Below are positions 26,601 to 35,529 of a DNA stretch of 64,000 nucleotides, piece by piece. This stretch comes from an uncultured Candidatus Entotheonella sp. (GTDB lineage Bacteria; Tectomicrobia; Entotheonellia; Entotheonellales; Entotheonellaceae): the NCBI GenBank assembly GCA_958295825.1, contig OY282375.1, positions 665,489 through 729,488 on the forward strand, in the 5' to 3' direction. The notes beneath the pieces were generated by a model. It was not told where the DNA came from. It saw only the letters and a program-made list of their open reading frames with translations, and made no database searches. A program made the position numbers and the translations under genes. The first letter of the stretch is position 1, and the number at the start of each line of letters is the position of its first letter.

Positions 26601-27364
26601 CCGGTGACGAAATCCGACAGGTCCGTGGCGAGAAATTCAATCACCTTGGCGCAGTCCTCGGGTTGGCCGAGACGGCCCATGGGAATCTGCGTGACCAGTT
26701 CGTCCTGAATTTTTCCCAGTCCGCCCATCCAATTGACGGTTGCCACGTATCCGGGCGCGATAGCGTTGACGTTGATGCCGCATGACGCAAGTTCCAGGGC
26801 CAGCGCGCGGGTCAGTTGAATGACGCCGGCCTTCGCTACGGCGTACGGGGCGAGAACCGGCATCAATGGCCGCAGGCCGGCTACCGAGGCGACGTTGATG
26901 ATCTTGCCGCGGCGGCGCTGTTGCATGTGGCGACCGACGGCGCGGCAACACAAGAAGGCCGAGTGCAGGTTTTTCGCCATGACCGTGTCCCAGACCTCGG
27001 GTGGGCACTCGGTCACGCTCTGGCTGCCGCGTCCGCCGCCGGCGTTGTTGATCAGAACGTCGATGCGACCGAACGCGGCCAGGGCTTCGTCGACCATCCG
27101 CTCGACCGCGGCCTCGCAGGTGACGTCGGCGGCAATGCCGATGGCCTGCCGCCCCAGCTGGCGGATTTCTTCCACCACCGAGCTGGCCGTCAGGGGTTCG
27201 CTGACCTGTTCGGCGGAAGCCAGATCGACGTCATTGACGACGATGTCGGCGCCCAATTGCGCCAGCCGCAGCGCGTAGGCTCGTCCCAACCCGCGTCCCG
27301 CCCCGGTTATCAAGGCCGTTTGTCCCCGCAGACGCGGTGGGAAATACCCCGCATCGTTTTCCAT
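26534..27364 (-). CDS. SDR-family oxidoreductase
   Basis: MENDAGYFPPRLRGQTALITGAGRGLGRAYA... (TGxxxGxG). Catalytic YxxxK (YAVAKAG). GGAGTGG RBS before the ATG at 27364. The track ORF 26534-27724 is over-extended. Confidence 0.85.
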   Translation of the reverse strand: MENDAGYFPPRLRGQTALITGAGRGLGRAYALRLAQLGADIVVNDVDLASAEQVSEPLTASSVVEEIRQLGRQAIGIAADVTCEAAVERMVDEALAAFGRIDVLINNAGGGRGSQSVTECPPEVWDTVMAKNLHSAFLCCRAVGRHMQQRRRGKIINVASVAGLRPLMPVLAPYAVAKAGVIQLTRALALELASCGINVNAIAPGYVATVNWMGGLGKIQDELVTQIPMGRLGQPEDCAKVIEFLATDLSDFVTGQVISVDGGMGHLNPAYMGQAY

Positions 27365-27437
27365 TTCCACTCCTTTCCTCGTCTTCAACATGGCTCGCCG
27401 TTCTCGACGCCAGATGGCTGGCGCAGGGGTGCGGGAT

Positions 27438-28652
27438 TCAACCGCACCGGCGTGACCCCAGGCGTGCGAGGCGATGCTCGGCCTGGCCGTGCAGGTCGTC
27501 GACGTCGCGTTCTCGCAGCAAGGTGCAGTAGAGCTGGCGAGCGGTTTCGACCCGCCCGCGCTGCTCGTACAGGGTGGCCAGGTGGAACTTCGCCCACAGA
27601 CTTTCGTCCCGGGCTGTACGCGGGTCGTTATTGATGGCGCCGCGAAACGCCTCGAAAGCCAAGTCAGGCTGGTCGGTGTCGAGCAGGGCCCGGCCCCAGG
27701 TGTAATACAGGTCAAACCGATCATCCGTACCGGCGAGTGTTCCGGGTCGCTCCGCCAGGGTCGTCGCCAAGGCGCCCAGCGTGGTGGCGGCTTGCGCTTT
27801 ATCGCCGTGCTCGAACTGGCTGCGTCCGGTCAGCAGACTGAAGTAGCCGTTGTCGGGATAGGCCTGGCGCAACGACTGGCCGAGGGGGACAGCTTGGCGG
27901 TAGCGCTTCTCCTTGACGTACAGCCGGAGCAGGAACGCCCGCGCCAAATCCTGGCTGAACCGTCCGGCTTCGGCGGCGCGCCGGAAATGATGGACGGCGT
28001 CCTCGGCGCCTTGCAGCGCCGTGCCGCCCAGCAGGCGCTGCACCAGAGACGGAACGCTATCCCCGACGAAGTAAAGCATCCCCAGGCCCAGATGGGCATC
28101 GCTCATGGCCTCGTCGGACAGGAGTGATTTCTCCAGCCGTGAACGTCCTTGCGCGGCGAGTTGCAGGGGAGCCCATGGCGCTTCCTGCTGCGGTAGCAGG
28201 GCGTCAAAAACGGCGGCCAATCCCACCATCAATTGCAACCGGCCTTGGCGGGGCGACTTGGCGAGTTGCCGCTGCCCCTGGTGCAGAATTTGCGCGAAAA
28301 GCTTGCGTGCGGTGACGTGCGCCGGGGGGCGCTGGCGGGTTTGCCAATGCGTTTGCAGATAGGCTATGATGCCCCGCGTCAATTGCGTTTCAAGGGTCTC
28401 TCGGCCATTCGGTTCCGCACGGCCGACGGCGTCGTGAGCCTGAACAAAACGCAGGTGCAACGCCTCCTGCACGGCGTCTCTCATGGTGCTGAAAGGCAGC
28501 TCGGGGGCGGCCTCGTGGGAATCGGCGCGGCCCAGTTCCACCACGCCGGGCCGCAGACACGTGAACAGCGCAAGGATTGCCAGAAGGGTTCGACCGCGCC
28601 GTTTCACATTCGCCCCCACATGCCTCCGTGTCCGTACCCTAGCCTCGGTCAT
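27438..28652 (-). CDS. TPR-repeat protein, probably secreted
   Basis: 404 aa with repeated helical TPR-like units (...LGMLYFVGD..., ...AKFHLATLYEQRGRVETARQLY...). N-terminal basic plus hydrophobic segment. The start may be the internal GTG/V near KRRGRTLLAIL. Confidence 0.55.
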   Translation of the reverse strand: MTEARVRTRRHVGANVKRRGRTLLAILALFTCLRPGVVELGRADSHEAAPELPFSTMRDAVQEALHLRFVQAHDAVGRAEPNGRETLETQLTRGIIAYLQTHWQTRQRPPAHVTARKLFAQILHQGQRQLAKSPRQGRLQLMVGLAAVFDALLPQQEAPWAPLQLAAQGRSRLEKSLLSDEAMSDAHLGLGMLYFVGDSVPSLVQRLLGGTALQGAEDAVHHFRRAAEAGRFSQDLARAFLLRLYVKEKRYRQAVPLGQSLRQAYPDNGYFSLLTGRSQFEHGDKAQAATTLGALATTLAERPGTLAGTDDRFDLYYTWGRALLDTDQPDLAFEAFRGAINNDPRTARDESLWAKFHLATLYEQRGRVETARQLYCTLLRERDVDDLHGQAEHRLARLGSRRCG

Positions 28653-28749
28653 TCATTATAGACAGGTGAGGCCGACAGGGAAACCCAACGCCGCCGCCGC
28701 TATTGTTGGCTGTCTCTCGCGGGCGGCCATTTTCCGGGACGTTCCGACC

Positions 28750-28977
28750 ATGATGAAAACGTGCTCCCTGTGCCAGACGGAGATGCCCGAGCGCTACAAT
28801 TATTGCTACCAATGCGGCGAGCACGTTGGCGAGACGACGGCACTGCCGGTTGACGTCGACCCGCAGGTCGCCGAGACGCAGCGGCGCCAGGAATGGGTCA
28901 TCCAATACGGCTGTTTAACGCTCATCATTGTCTGGACAATCTTCGGATTGTGGTTTTTCTTCAACATGAACCGTTAA
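28750..28977 (+). CDS. Zinc-ribbon domain membrane protein
   Basis: MMKTCSLCQTEMPERYNYCYQCGEHVG (two CxxC pairs), followed by a C-terminal TM segment LTLIIVWTIFGLWFFF. Confidence 0.5.
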   Translation: MMKTCSLCQTEMPERYNYCYQCGEHVGETTALPVDVDPQVAETQRRQEWVIQYGCLTLIIVWTIFGLWFFFNMNR

Positions 28978-29010
28978 CGGGCGAACCCGTATCTGGGTCC
29001 CGGAGTCAGG

Positions 29011-29265
29011 GTGGTGCGACAAATACCGGACGAGGCGTGGAAGAAAATCCACACGGCTTTCAATGATGCGGAGTTGCATCTGATTACGGGCATCCTGGCC
29101 GGGGAGGGCCTGGCGTGGCGTATCAAGTCGCGGCGGGTGCCGCAGCTGCCGGTGTCGCACGGCACGCTGGGGGAAACGGAGATCTACGTGCCTGAGCCTG
29201 ATGCCCCGTTCGCCCAGCGTATCTTGCTGATTTATCGCAACGCGTCGGCGGCTGGCGACACGTGA
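29011..29265 (+). CDS. Small DUF2007-like protein, hypothetical
   Basis: 84-aa ORF with reasonable coding signal. Its stop overlaps the start of the next gene. Family assignment is weak. Confidence 0.4.
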   Translation: MVRQIPDEAWKKIHTAFNDAELHLITGILAGEGLAWRIKSRRVPQLPVSHGTLGETEIYVPEPDAPFAQRILLIYRNASAAGDT

Positions 29266-30425
29266 CGGAGGCTACCGTGCAGACTTATGACGTGATCGTT
29301 GTCGGTGTCGGGGGGATGGGCAGCGCGGCGGTGTATCACTTGGCGCAACGGGGCCAGCGGGTTCTGGGCCTCGAGCAGTACGACATCCCGCACCAGCAGG
29401 GATCGTCTCACGGCATCTCACGGATCATCCGCATGGCGTATTACGAGCACCCGTCCTACGTGCCGCTTCTGCACCGGGCTTACGAGCTGTGGTGGGCACT
29501 GGAGCGGACCGTCCAGGAGCGCCTGTTGCACGTCACCGGCGCCTTGAACATCGGCGCCGAAGCGGGCGACGTATTCACCGGGGCGCTGAAGTCAGCGCAG
29601 GAGCACAACCTGGCGCACGAAATTCTGGAGGCCGAGGCGGTTCGACGGCGATTCCCCGGCTACGGGGTGCAGGCGCCGCTGATGGCTCTTTACGAGCCCC
29701 AAGCCGGACTTCTGGCGGCTGAACGGTGCATTGTGGCGCACGTGACGGCGGCCCTGCGGCACGGCGCCGACGTACACGGCCACGAGACGGTTGAGGGCTG
29801 GGAGCCCAGCGGCGCCGGCGTGCGGGTGCGCACCCAGCGCGGCGTCTACCAGGCCGAGCGGCTGGTGTTGACGGCCGGCGCTTGGACCCACCGGCTGCTG
29901 ACGCCCTACCACGGCGTGCTGCAACCGGAGCGACAGGTGTTGATCTGGATGCAGCCGCGCGTGCCGAGCGCTTTTCAAATGGACGCGTTTCCGGTTTTCA
30001 TCCTGGATGTCGAGGCAGGGCATTTTTACGGCATGCCGACCTACGGCATTCCCGGCTTCAAAATTGGCCGTTTTCACCACCTGGAACAGCTTGTGGACGA
30101 CCCTGCCAGCATGGACCGGGGTTTTCACCCTGAGGACGAAGCCTTGCTGCGCGGCCTTGTACGGCGCTATTTTCCGGACGGCGAAGGCCCCATTTTGTCC
30201 ACCGCCACCTGCATGTTCACCAACTCTCCCGACGGGCATTTCGTCATCGACGTTCACCCCGAAGACCCACGCGTGGTGTTCGCCGGGGGCTTTTCAGGAC
30301 ACGGCTTCAAATTCTGCCCCGTCATCGGCGAAATCCTGGCCGACCTGGCTGCGGACGGCGCTACTCGGCACGATATTTCCCTGTTCAGCGCCGCGCGTCT
30401 GGCCCCTTCCGACCTCGAGAAATAG
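29262..30425 (+). CDS. solA: FAD-dependent N-methyl-L-tryptophan/sarcosine oxidase family (SolA/MTOX-like)
   Basis: N-terminal Rossmann YDVIVVGVGGMGSAAVYHLAQRG. C-terminal HGFKFCPVIGEILADLA typical of monomeric sarcosine oxidase/MTOX. Confidence 0.75.
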   Translation: MTEATVQTYDVIVVGVGGMGSAAVYHLAQRGQRVLGLEQYDIPHQQGSSHGISRIIRMAYYEHPSYVPLLHRAYELWWALERTVQERLLHVTGALNIGAEAGDVFTGALKSAQEHNLAHEILEAEAVRRRFPGYGVQAPLMALYEPQAGLLAAERCIVAHVTAALRHGADVHGHETVEGWEPSGAGVRVRTQRGVYQAERLVLTAGAWTHRLLTPYHGVLQPERQVLIWMQPRVPSAFQMDAFPVFILDVEAGHFYGMPTYGIPGFKIGRFHHLEQLVDDPASMDRGFHPEDEALLRGLVRRYFPDGEGPILSTATCMFTNSPDGHFVIDVHPEDPRVVFAGGFSGHGFKFCPVIGEILADLAADGATRHDISLFSAARLAPSDLEK

Positions 30426-31220
30426 ATGAGTTTGTCAGACTTGGAGCAGCTGTTCGGCCTGCGCGGCAAGGTGGCGCTGGTCACCGGCGCCTCCAGCGGC
30501 CTAGGCAAGGAATTTGCCAGAGGTCTGGCCATGGCCGGCGCCGACGTCGCCGTCGTGGCAAGACGATTGGAACGCTTGCAGGCGGTGGCCGCCGAGTTGG
30601 AGGCCTTCGGCGTCCGTGCGCATCCCGTGCCGGCAGACCTCCGGCATGCGGAGCAGATCGAGGCGGCCGTCCGCGACGTCCATGACGCGCTGGGCCCTAT
30701 TGACATCCTGGTCAACAACGCCGGGGTCGCGCCCGTGGGCCGTGCGGAACGCCATGACCTGGAGAAATGGCGGCAGGCGCTGGACGTCAATCTCACGGCG
30801 GTATTCTTGGGCTGCCAGCACGTCGGGCGCCGGATGATCGAGCGCGGCCAGGGCGGGCGCATCATCAATGTCTCCTCGGTGCTCGGGGAAGGAGCCAACT
30901 CGGTGCACCGGACCGTCGGTTACGCCGCCACCAAGGGCGCCGTCACCAATCTGACCCGGCAACTGGCGGTCGAATGGGCGCCCCACGGCATCACGGTAAA
31001 CGCCCTGGCGCCGTCCTGGTTTCCGACCGCAATGATCACCGATCCCCGCCTGGGCCGGGTGCACGACGCGCAGCGGGCGCGCATGGAGCAATTCACGCCC
31101 CTGGGGCGCCTGGGCAGGGAAGGGGAGTTGCTGGGCGCCATTATCTACCTCGCCTCGCCCGCCGCGTCCTACGTAACCGGAACCGTGCTGCACGTTGATG
31201 GCGGCTGGCGGGCCTGGTAG
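30426..31220 (+). CDS. SDR-family oxidoreductase (gluconate 5-dehydrogenase/3-oxoacyl-ACP reductase-like)
   Basis: KVALVTGASSGLGKEFA, NNAG, and S...YAATKGAV catalytic tetrad context. Confidence 0.85.
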   Translation: MSLSDLEQLFGLRGKVALVTGASSGLGKEFARGLAMAGADVAVVARRLERLQAVAAELEAFGVRAHPVPADLRHAEQIEAAVRDVHDALGPIDILVNNAGVAPVGRAERHDLEKWRQALDVNLTAVFLGCQHVGRRMIERGQGGRIINVSSVLGEGANSVHRTVGYAATKGAVTNLTRQLAVEWAPHGITVNALAPSWFPTAMITDPRLGRVHDAQRARMEQFTPLGRLGREGELLGAIIYLASPAASYVTGTVLHVDGGWRAW

Positions 31221-31335
31221 CGGGCTTTGCACAAAAAGTCGGAATCCTGCACAAAAAGCCGGTCGCTGACCGACCGGAAGCAAGGTGTTCAGGTCGGCTG
31301 AAATTTTTACATTTTTGTCGTGCTGCAGGTTGAAC
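31221..31335. repeat. Dispersed repeat copy with GCACAAAAAG motifs
   Basis: About 93% identical (apart from a 20-nt internal duplication) to the reverse complement of 55801-55890. Shares the GGCTTTGCACAAAAAGTC motif with 37262-37312. Confidence 0.7.
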
Positions 31336-31378
31336 GCAGACTTGCTTGGTGAGGGTCAAAAGCGGTTTCAGCACCATG

Positions 31379-31421
31379 CAAAAAGGGCGGGCGCTTGCGC
31401 TGGGCGCCCGCCCTTTTTGCG
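31379..31421. terminator. Rho-independent terminator, bidirectional perfect hairpin
   Basis: caaaaagggcgggcgc-ttgcgctg-ggcgcccgccctttttg: GC stem flanked by A-run and T-run. Confidence 0.7.
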
Positions 31422-31510
31422 TTCGGGGACAGCGGATCGCCAAAAGGTTATTCTATAAGGGTCGTATCCGGGATTGGGGAAAGGCTGGGTCGTCCTGAAG
31501 GAGAAGAAAG

Positions 31511-32491
31511 ATGGATTTCGTGGGTTTCTTCAGCTCGCTGCTGAACGCCGGGAACCTCGTGCTGCTCGTCGCCGTCGTCCTTGGCTTCGCGACCTTGAAG
31601 CGGGGCGTGTACGTGGTGCCGCAGTCGAGAAACTACGTGGTCGAGCGCTTCGGGCGGTTCTCGCGCGTCCTGAAGCCGGGGCTGAACGCGGTGGTGCCGT
31701 ATTTCGACCGCGTGGCGCACCGGGTTTCGGTGCTGGAGCGGCAGGCGGCGCCGTCGGGCGTCAGCGTGTTCTCGAAAGACAACGTCGAGGTGGAGATCGT
31801 GACCGTGGTGTACTGGCGCGTCATGGACCCGGAGCTGTCGGTTTACCGCATCGAGGACGTCGGCGGCGCGATCCGGGTGGCGACGGGGTCGATCGTGCGC
31901 AACATCGGGGCGGGCCTGGAGCTGGACAAGCTTCAGGGCAGCCGCGAGGAGATCAATCTCAAGATGCAGAGTTCCTTGGGCGAGACGGCGCAGGCGTGGG
32001 GCGTTGAGATTACGCGCACCGAGATTGTGGATATTGTCTTGGACAGCAAGACGAAGGAGGCGCAGCGGCAGCAGGTGGAGGCGGAGCGGGCTCGGCGGGC
32101 GGCGGTGACGTCCGCGGAGGGCAAGGCGTCGGCCGTGAAGCTGGAGTCGGACGCGGTGCTGTACCGCTCGGAGAAGGAGGCCGAGGCGGTGGTGCTGGCG
32201 GCGCAGGCTAGGGCTCGGGAGATCGAGCTGGTGGCGGCGGCGCAGGCGCGCGAGATCGAGCTGGTCGGGGTCTCTATGCGCGACTTCGGGGAGGCCGCCG
32301 CTCTCTTTGAGCTGGGCAAGCGGCAGGTTCTGGCGCTGGAGGGGCTGGCTTCTAGCCCCGGGTCGAAGGTGCTGGTGCTGCCGACGGACGTGACGACGAT
32401 GCTGGGCAGCCTGGCGGCGGTGGCGGAGGGGCTTCGCCTGGGCGATTTTACGGGCGCTCGGGCCAAGGTTAAAGAGGAGGACGCGTCGTGA
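31511..32491 (+). CDS. SPFH/band-7 (stomatin/prohibitin-like) membrane protein
   Basis: N-terminal TM, then ...YVVPQSRNYVVERFGRFSRVLKPGLNAVVPYFD... SPFH core. C-terminal Ala/Glu-rich coiled coil. Confidence 0.85.
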   Translation: MDFVGFFSSLLNAGNLVLLVAVVLGFATLKRGVYVVPQSRNYVVERFGRFSRVLKPGLNAVVPYFDRVAHRVSVLERQAAPSGVSVFSKDNVEVEIVTVVYWRVMDPELSVYRIEDVGGAIRVATGSIVRNIGAGLELDKLQGSREEINLKMQSSLGETAQAWGVEITRTEIVDIVLDSKTKEAQRQQVEAERARRAAVTSAEGKASAVKLESDAVLYRSEKEAEAVVLAAQARAREIELVAAAQAREIELVGVSMRDFGEAAALFELGKRQVLALEGLASSPGSKVLVLPTDVTTMLGSLAAVAEGLRLGDFTGARAKVKEEDAS

Positions 32492-32895
32492 GCGATTACT
32501 TGGTGCAGGGCTGGCTGCTGAACCCGCTGCTGTGGGTAGCGGTTGCGGGGCTGGTGCTGCTGCTCGATCTGTTCGTGGTCAGCGGCGTCAGCTTGGCGAT
32601 TGGCGTAGCGGGGGTGGCGGCGGGGGCGGCGATGTTCGCGTTCGCGCCGCTTTTCGAGGACCCGCAGGCGCGGGAGGTCGGGCGGCTGATGCTGGCGGTC
32701 GCGCTGGCTTGGAGCTTGTTTTCGCTGCTGTCGGTCGTCTTGTTCCGCTTTTGGCTGCGACGGGGCGGGGACGCTAAGGACCCGAACGATTACGCGCGCG
32801 GGACGGGGGTCGAGGCGGGCGACGTGAAGACGGCGGAAGTCGAGACGCCGGGTTACGAAGATGTGCTGAAGGGCTACCGGCGGCGGTTGGAGTGA
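32488..32895 (+). CDS. NfeD-like membrane protein (SPFH partner)
   Basis: GTG start overlapping the SPFH stop. Multiple TM helices and a C-terminal soluble segment. Classic SPFH-NfeD pairing. Confidence 0.65.
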   Translation: MSDYLVQGWLLNPLLWVAVAGLVLLLDLFVVSGVSLAIGVAGVAAGAAMFAFAPLFEDPQAREVGRLMLAVALAWSLFSLLSVVLFRFWLRRGGDAKDPNDYARGTGVEAGDVKTAEVETPGYEDVLKGYRRRLE

Positions 32896-32977
32896 GGTTG
32901 TTGGGCAGGAATTTGGCAGTTTTGTTGTTGCTTGGGAGTGGAATAGGGATAAAGGAAAGGATGGAGGAGAGCAATTG

Positions 32978-34261
32978 ATGAGGAAAGATAAGGCGCTTGG
33001 GCGATTGCAGAAAATTTTGGATGAAGTTGATGGATTGAAGCAATTTTCTTCGTCGAGTTCTCCGCAATTTGAGAGATGGTGGAGAAACGCGGAGCTTGCT
33101 ATCGAGAAAGTATTTGGCAGTGACTCGAGTCATATCAAACGTTTTAAGAATGCAAGGGATGCTAGAGTAAATGTTGGAGTGCTTCTTTTTGTTAATTTCG
33201 GTCCGGTTGGTCCTGATGGGGTTAAGAAGGATTACATACAAGATTTAGAGTTCTATGCGGCTATGATTCAGTCTATGATTGATGAAGTCGGTGAGTATTG
33301 GGAGGATGGGAAAGAGGTATTGTCATCTTCTAGTTCTTCTAGCAGTCTTGGAAATGAGCAAATAATGACTGGCGATTTGAAGAAGAAAAAGGTCTTTCTG
33401 AGCCACAAGAGCGATGATAAGGAACTCGTGATCGACTTTAAGGAAACCTTGAAAATTCTAGGTTACGACCCATGGTTGGATGAAGATGCGATGTCTGCCG
33501 GTACGAGACTTGAACAAGGACTTCTTGAAGGCATGCAGGATTCCTGCGGCGTTGTTTTTTTTGTTACTTCGTCTTTCAAGGATGAGGGTTTTTTGAGCAC
33601 CGAAATTGACTATGCGATTCAAGAGGAGCGAAAGAAGGGTAATAAATTCAAAATTGTTACCTTGCAATTTGTTGATGCTGATGGCAACAGGAGTGAAATT
33701 CCGGGATTACTCAAGCGTTATGTTTGGAAAAAGCCGAAAACAAGGCTTGAAGCACTACGAGAGATTGTTCATGCGTTGCCTGTTGCTTCTTTGGGTATTG
33801 GCTGGCGGGGTGAAATTGGAGGAGTCGTTGTTAGGTCTGAGGGGGATGAAGGTGTTCTTGTTGGGTCTGAAAGGAGATTGGTAGTTGCAAGACTTTCTGA
33901 GGAAGCAAAGACTTTGCTGAAGACGGCAGTGGATAATAAAAAACAGATTGGGTATTTTTCTTATGGCAGTGGTGGTGTTGGTGAGCTTATTACTATGGGA
34001 GGAGAGGAGTTTTTGTCGTCTGATAAGGAGACGCTTGAAACAATGGCTAAGTGGAGAGGAGGTTTGAAGGATTTAGAAAGAGAAGGGTATGTCAAAAAGG
34101 AAGTTGAAGGAGAAGGAGATCAAGGTTTATATACGGTTACGCGAGAGGGTTATGAGGCAGCAGAATATTTGGAGATGGAAATTCAGGCGATACCAGAAAA
34201 AGTAAGAGTGTCGGTTGTTGGGAAAGAGGGTGATGAGGTTAGAAGCAGTTTCATAACTTAA
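32978..34261 (+). CDS. TIR-domain protein with the same uncharacterised N-terminal domain as the 11260 protein, plus a C-terminal extension; AT-rich
   Basis: N-terminus MRKDKALGRLQKILDEVDGLKQFSSSSSPQFERWWRNAELAIEKVFGSDSSHIKRF... is about 50% identical to the 11260 N-terminus. TIR motif KKVFLSHKSDDKELVIDFKETLKILGYDPWLDEDAMSAGTRLEQGLLEGMQDSCGVVFFVTSSFKDEGFLSTEIDYAIQE. The stop codon lies inside the IS left inverted repeat. Confidence 0.75.
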   Translation: MRKDKALGRLQKILDEVDGLKQFSSSSSPQFERWWRNAELAIEKVFGSDSSHIKRFKNARDARVNVGVLLFVNFGPVGPDGVKKDYIQDLEFYAAMIQSMIDEVGEYWEDGKEVLSSSSSSSSLGNEQIMTGDLKKKKVFLSHKSDDKELVIDFKETLKILGYDPWLDEDAMSAGTRLEQGLLEGMQDSCGVVFFVTSSFKDEGFLSTEIDYAIQEERKKGNKFKIVTLQFVDADGNRSEIPGLLKRYVWKKPKTRLEALREIVHALPVASLGIGWRGEIGGVVVRSEGDEGVLVGSERRLVVARLSEEAKTLLKTAVDNKKQIGYFSYGSGGVGELITMGGEEFLSSDKETLETMAKWRGGLKDLEREGYVKKEVEGEGDQGLYTVTREGYEAAEYLEMEIQAIPEKVRVSVVGKEGDEVRSSFIT

Positions 34262-34294
34262 TTTGCCATGAGGCCTCCTTTTGGTATGTAATCA

Positions 34295-34768
34295 ATGGCT
34301 GAAAGGAGGCCTGATATGAACCGCCATCAGAGTGAACTAAGCGATGAGCAGTGGGAAAAAATCGCTCCCTTCCTGCCCAAACCCCAAGCCTCGCCTTGGG
34401 GTGGACCCAAACCAATCCCCAATCGCCCTTGCTTCGAGGGCATCTTGTGGGTCCTTCGCAGCGGCGCCCGCTGGAAAGACCTGCCAGCGTCCTATCCTTC
34501 TCCCAGCACCTGTTGGCGTCGTCTGTGCCTCTGGGAGGAGCAAGAGGTGTGGCTTAAGGCATGGCGCGCCTTTCTGGCGCAACTTGACCGCCAAGGACAG
34601 CTTGATTGGGCCGAAACCTTTGCTGACGGCAGCTTTGCCCCGGCCAAAAAAGGGGGCCTTGCGTCGGCCCTACCAAGAAGGGCAAAGGTACGAAGTGGAG
34701 GGGGGTGGCAGACGGCCAAGGTGTTCCTCTGGGAAACCTCCTGGAATCGGCGTCCGCAGCGGAAGTGA
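34295..34768 (+). CDS. IS427-like transposase OrfA (DUF4096 N-terminal domain)
   Basis: MAERRPDMNRHQSELSDEQWEKIAPFLP...GGPKPIPNRPCFEGILWVLRSGARWKDLP... Confidence 0.8.
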   Translation: MAERRPDMNRHQSELSDEQWEKIAPFLPKPQASPWGGPKPIPNRPCFEGILWVLRSGARWKDLPASYPSPSTCWRRLCLWEEQEVWLKAWRAFLAQLDRQGQLDWAETFADGSFAPAKKGGLASALPRRAKVRSGGGWQTAKVFLWETSWNRRPQRK

Positions 34769-35100
34769 CCTTGATCGAGCGGGCCTTGACACAGGTGTCG
34801 GTGCCGCGTCGTGGCCGCGGTCGGCCTCGCCAAAAGCCCGCGCGCCTCATTGATGACAAGGCGGCGGACGCAGACGCCCTTCGCCAGCGTCTGCGGTCTC
34901 GGGGCATTGATTTGATTTGCCCGCATCGCAGAAACCGTAAACGAGCCTCCTTGCAGGATGGTCGCAAGCTGCGCCGTTACAAACGTCGTTGGAAAGTTGA
35001 GCGAAGATTTCCTGGGTGGGCAATTTTCGTCGCTTGGTGGTGCGCTGGGATCGCTATATTGAGGTCTACCGCGGCTTCTTTCATATCGCGTGCATGCTGA
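34645..35100 (+). CDS. IS427-like transposase OrfB (DDE C-terminal part), expressed as an OrfAB fusion by -1 frameshift or transcriptional slippage at AAAAAAG
   Basis: The -1 frame from the A-run reads ...KRGPCVGPTKKGKGTKWRGVADGQGVPLGNLLESASAAEVTLIERAL...LIDDKAADADALRQRLRSRGIDLICPHRRNRK...KRRWKVERRFPGW..., typical of IS427 OrfB. Confidence 0.7.
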   Translation, partial: QKRGPCVGPTKKGKGTKWRGVADGQGVPLGNLLESASAAEVTLIERALTQVSVPRRGRGRPRQKPARLIDDKAADADALRQRLRSRGIDLICPHRRNRKRASLQDGRKLRRYKRRWKVERRFPGWAIFVAWWCAGIAILRSTAASFISRAC

Positions 35101-35201
35101 TAACGCTGAATAAGCTTCTCAATGGCTTCTAACTCATTTGCTTGTGACTACCATCAGGTAGTTATGAAACAGCCTCTAGCCAGGATACCATGATAGTACA
35201 A

Positions 35202-35402
35202 CTAGAACCGAAATTGCTCTAGAGGCAGCCGTTCAACGGGCGTGAGATTTACCGCATAAGTTGTTACCAAGGAAGCGAGGGCATACACCAACACAATGAA
35301 AAGAGCGATGATCCCAAGCGGGTTACGCGCCAACTGCCTGGCTATCTCTCCAAAACTCTGAACTGGGCTACTCATTATTTGTTGCCCATGCGTCGCAAAC
35401 AT
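35202..35402 (-). CDS. Small hydrophobic protein, hypothetical
   Basis: 66 aa with one or two TM helices (IIALFIVLVYALASLVTTYAV), sitting between the IS right end and the PanT-like gene. Possibly a chance ORF. Confidence 0.2.
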   Translation of the reverse strand: MFATHGQQIMSSPVQSFGEIARQLARNPLGIIALFIVLVYALASLVTTYAVNLTPVERLPLEQFRF

Positions 35403-35529
35403 GGAATCTAATCTATTCGGAAAAGCCGATCATACTGAGCACTTACGTTTACCCTAACCTCAGCGCTGCCACACAAAATCAGCGACAGCTTTCCCAATTC
35501 GCGTTCCCTGGGCTCACTCCAGATCATTT

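Larger units (their letters stand above)
34240..35178 (+). mobile_element. IS5-family (IS427-like) insertion sequence, copy 1, apparently intact
   Basis: 19-bp imperfect inverted repeats TAGAAGCAGTTTCATAACT / TAGAGGCTGTTTCATAACT (rc). Flanking TA dinucleotides. orfA (DUF4096) plus orfB, with an A6G slippery run at 34646-34652. Confidence 0.8.

Noticed and set aside
26534-27724. 396-aa version of the SDR ORF
   Set aside because: Only the last 276 codons are SDR-like and they are preceded by a good RBS at 27364. The upstream part is unrelated open frame.
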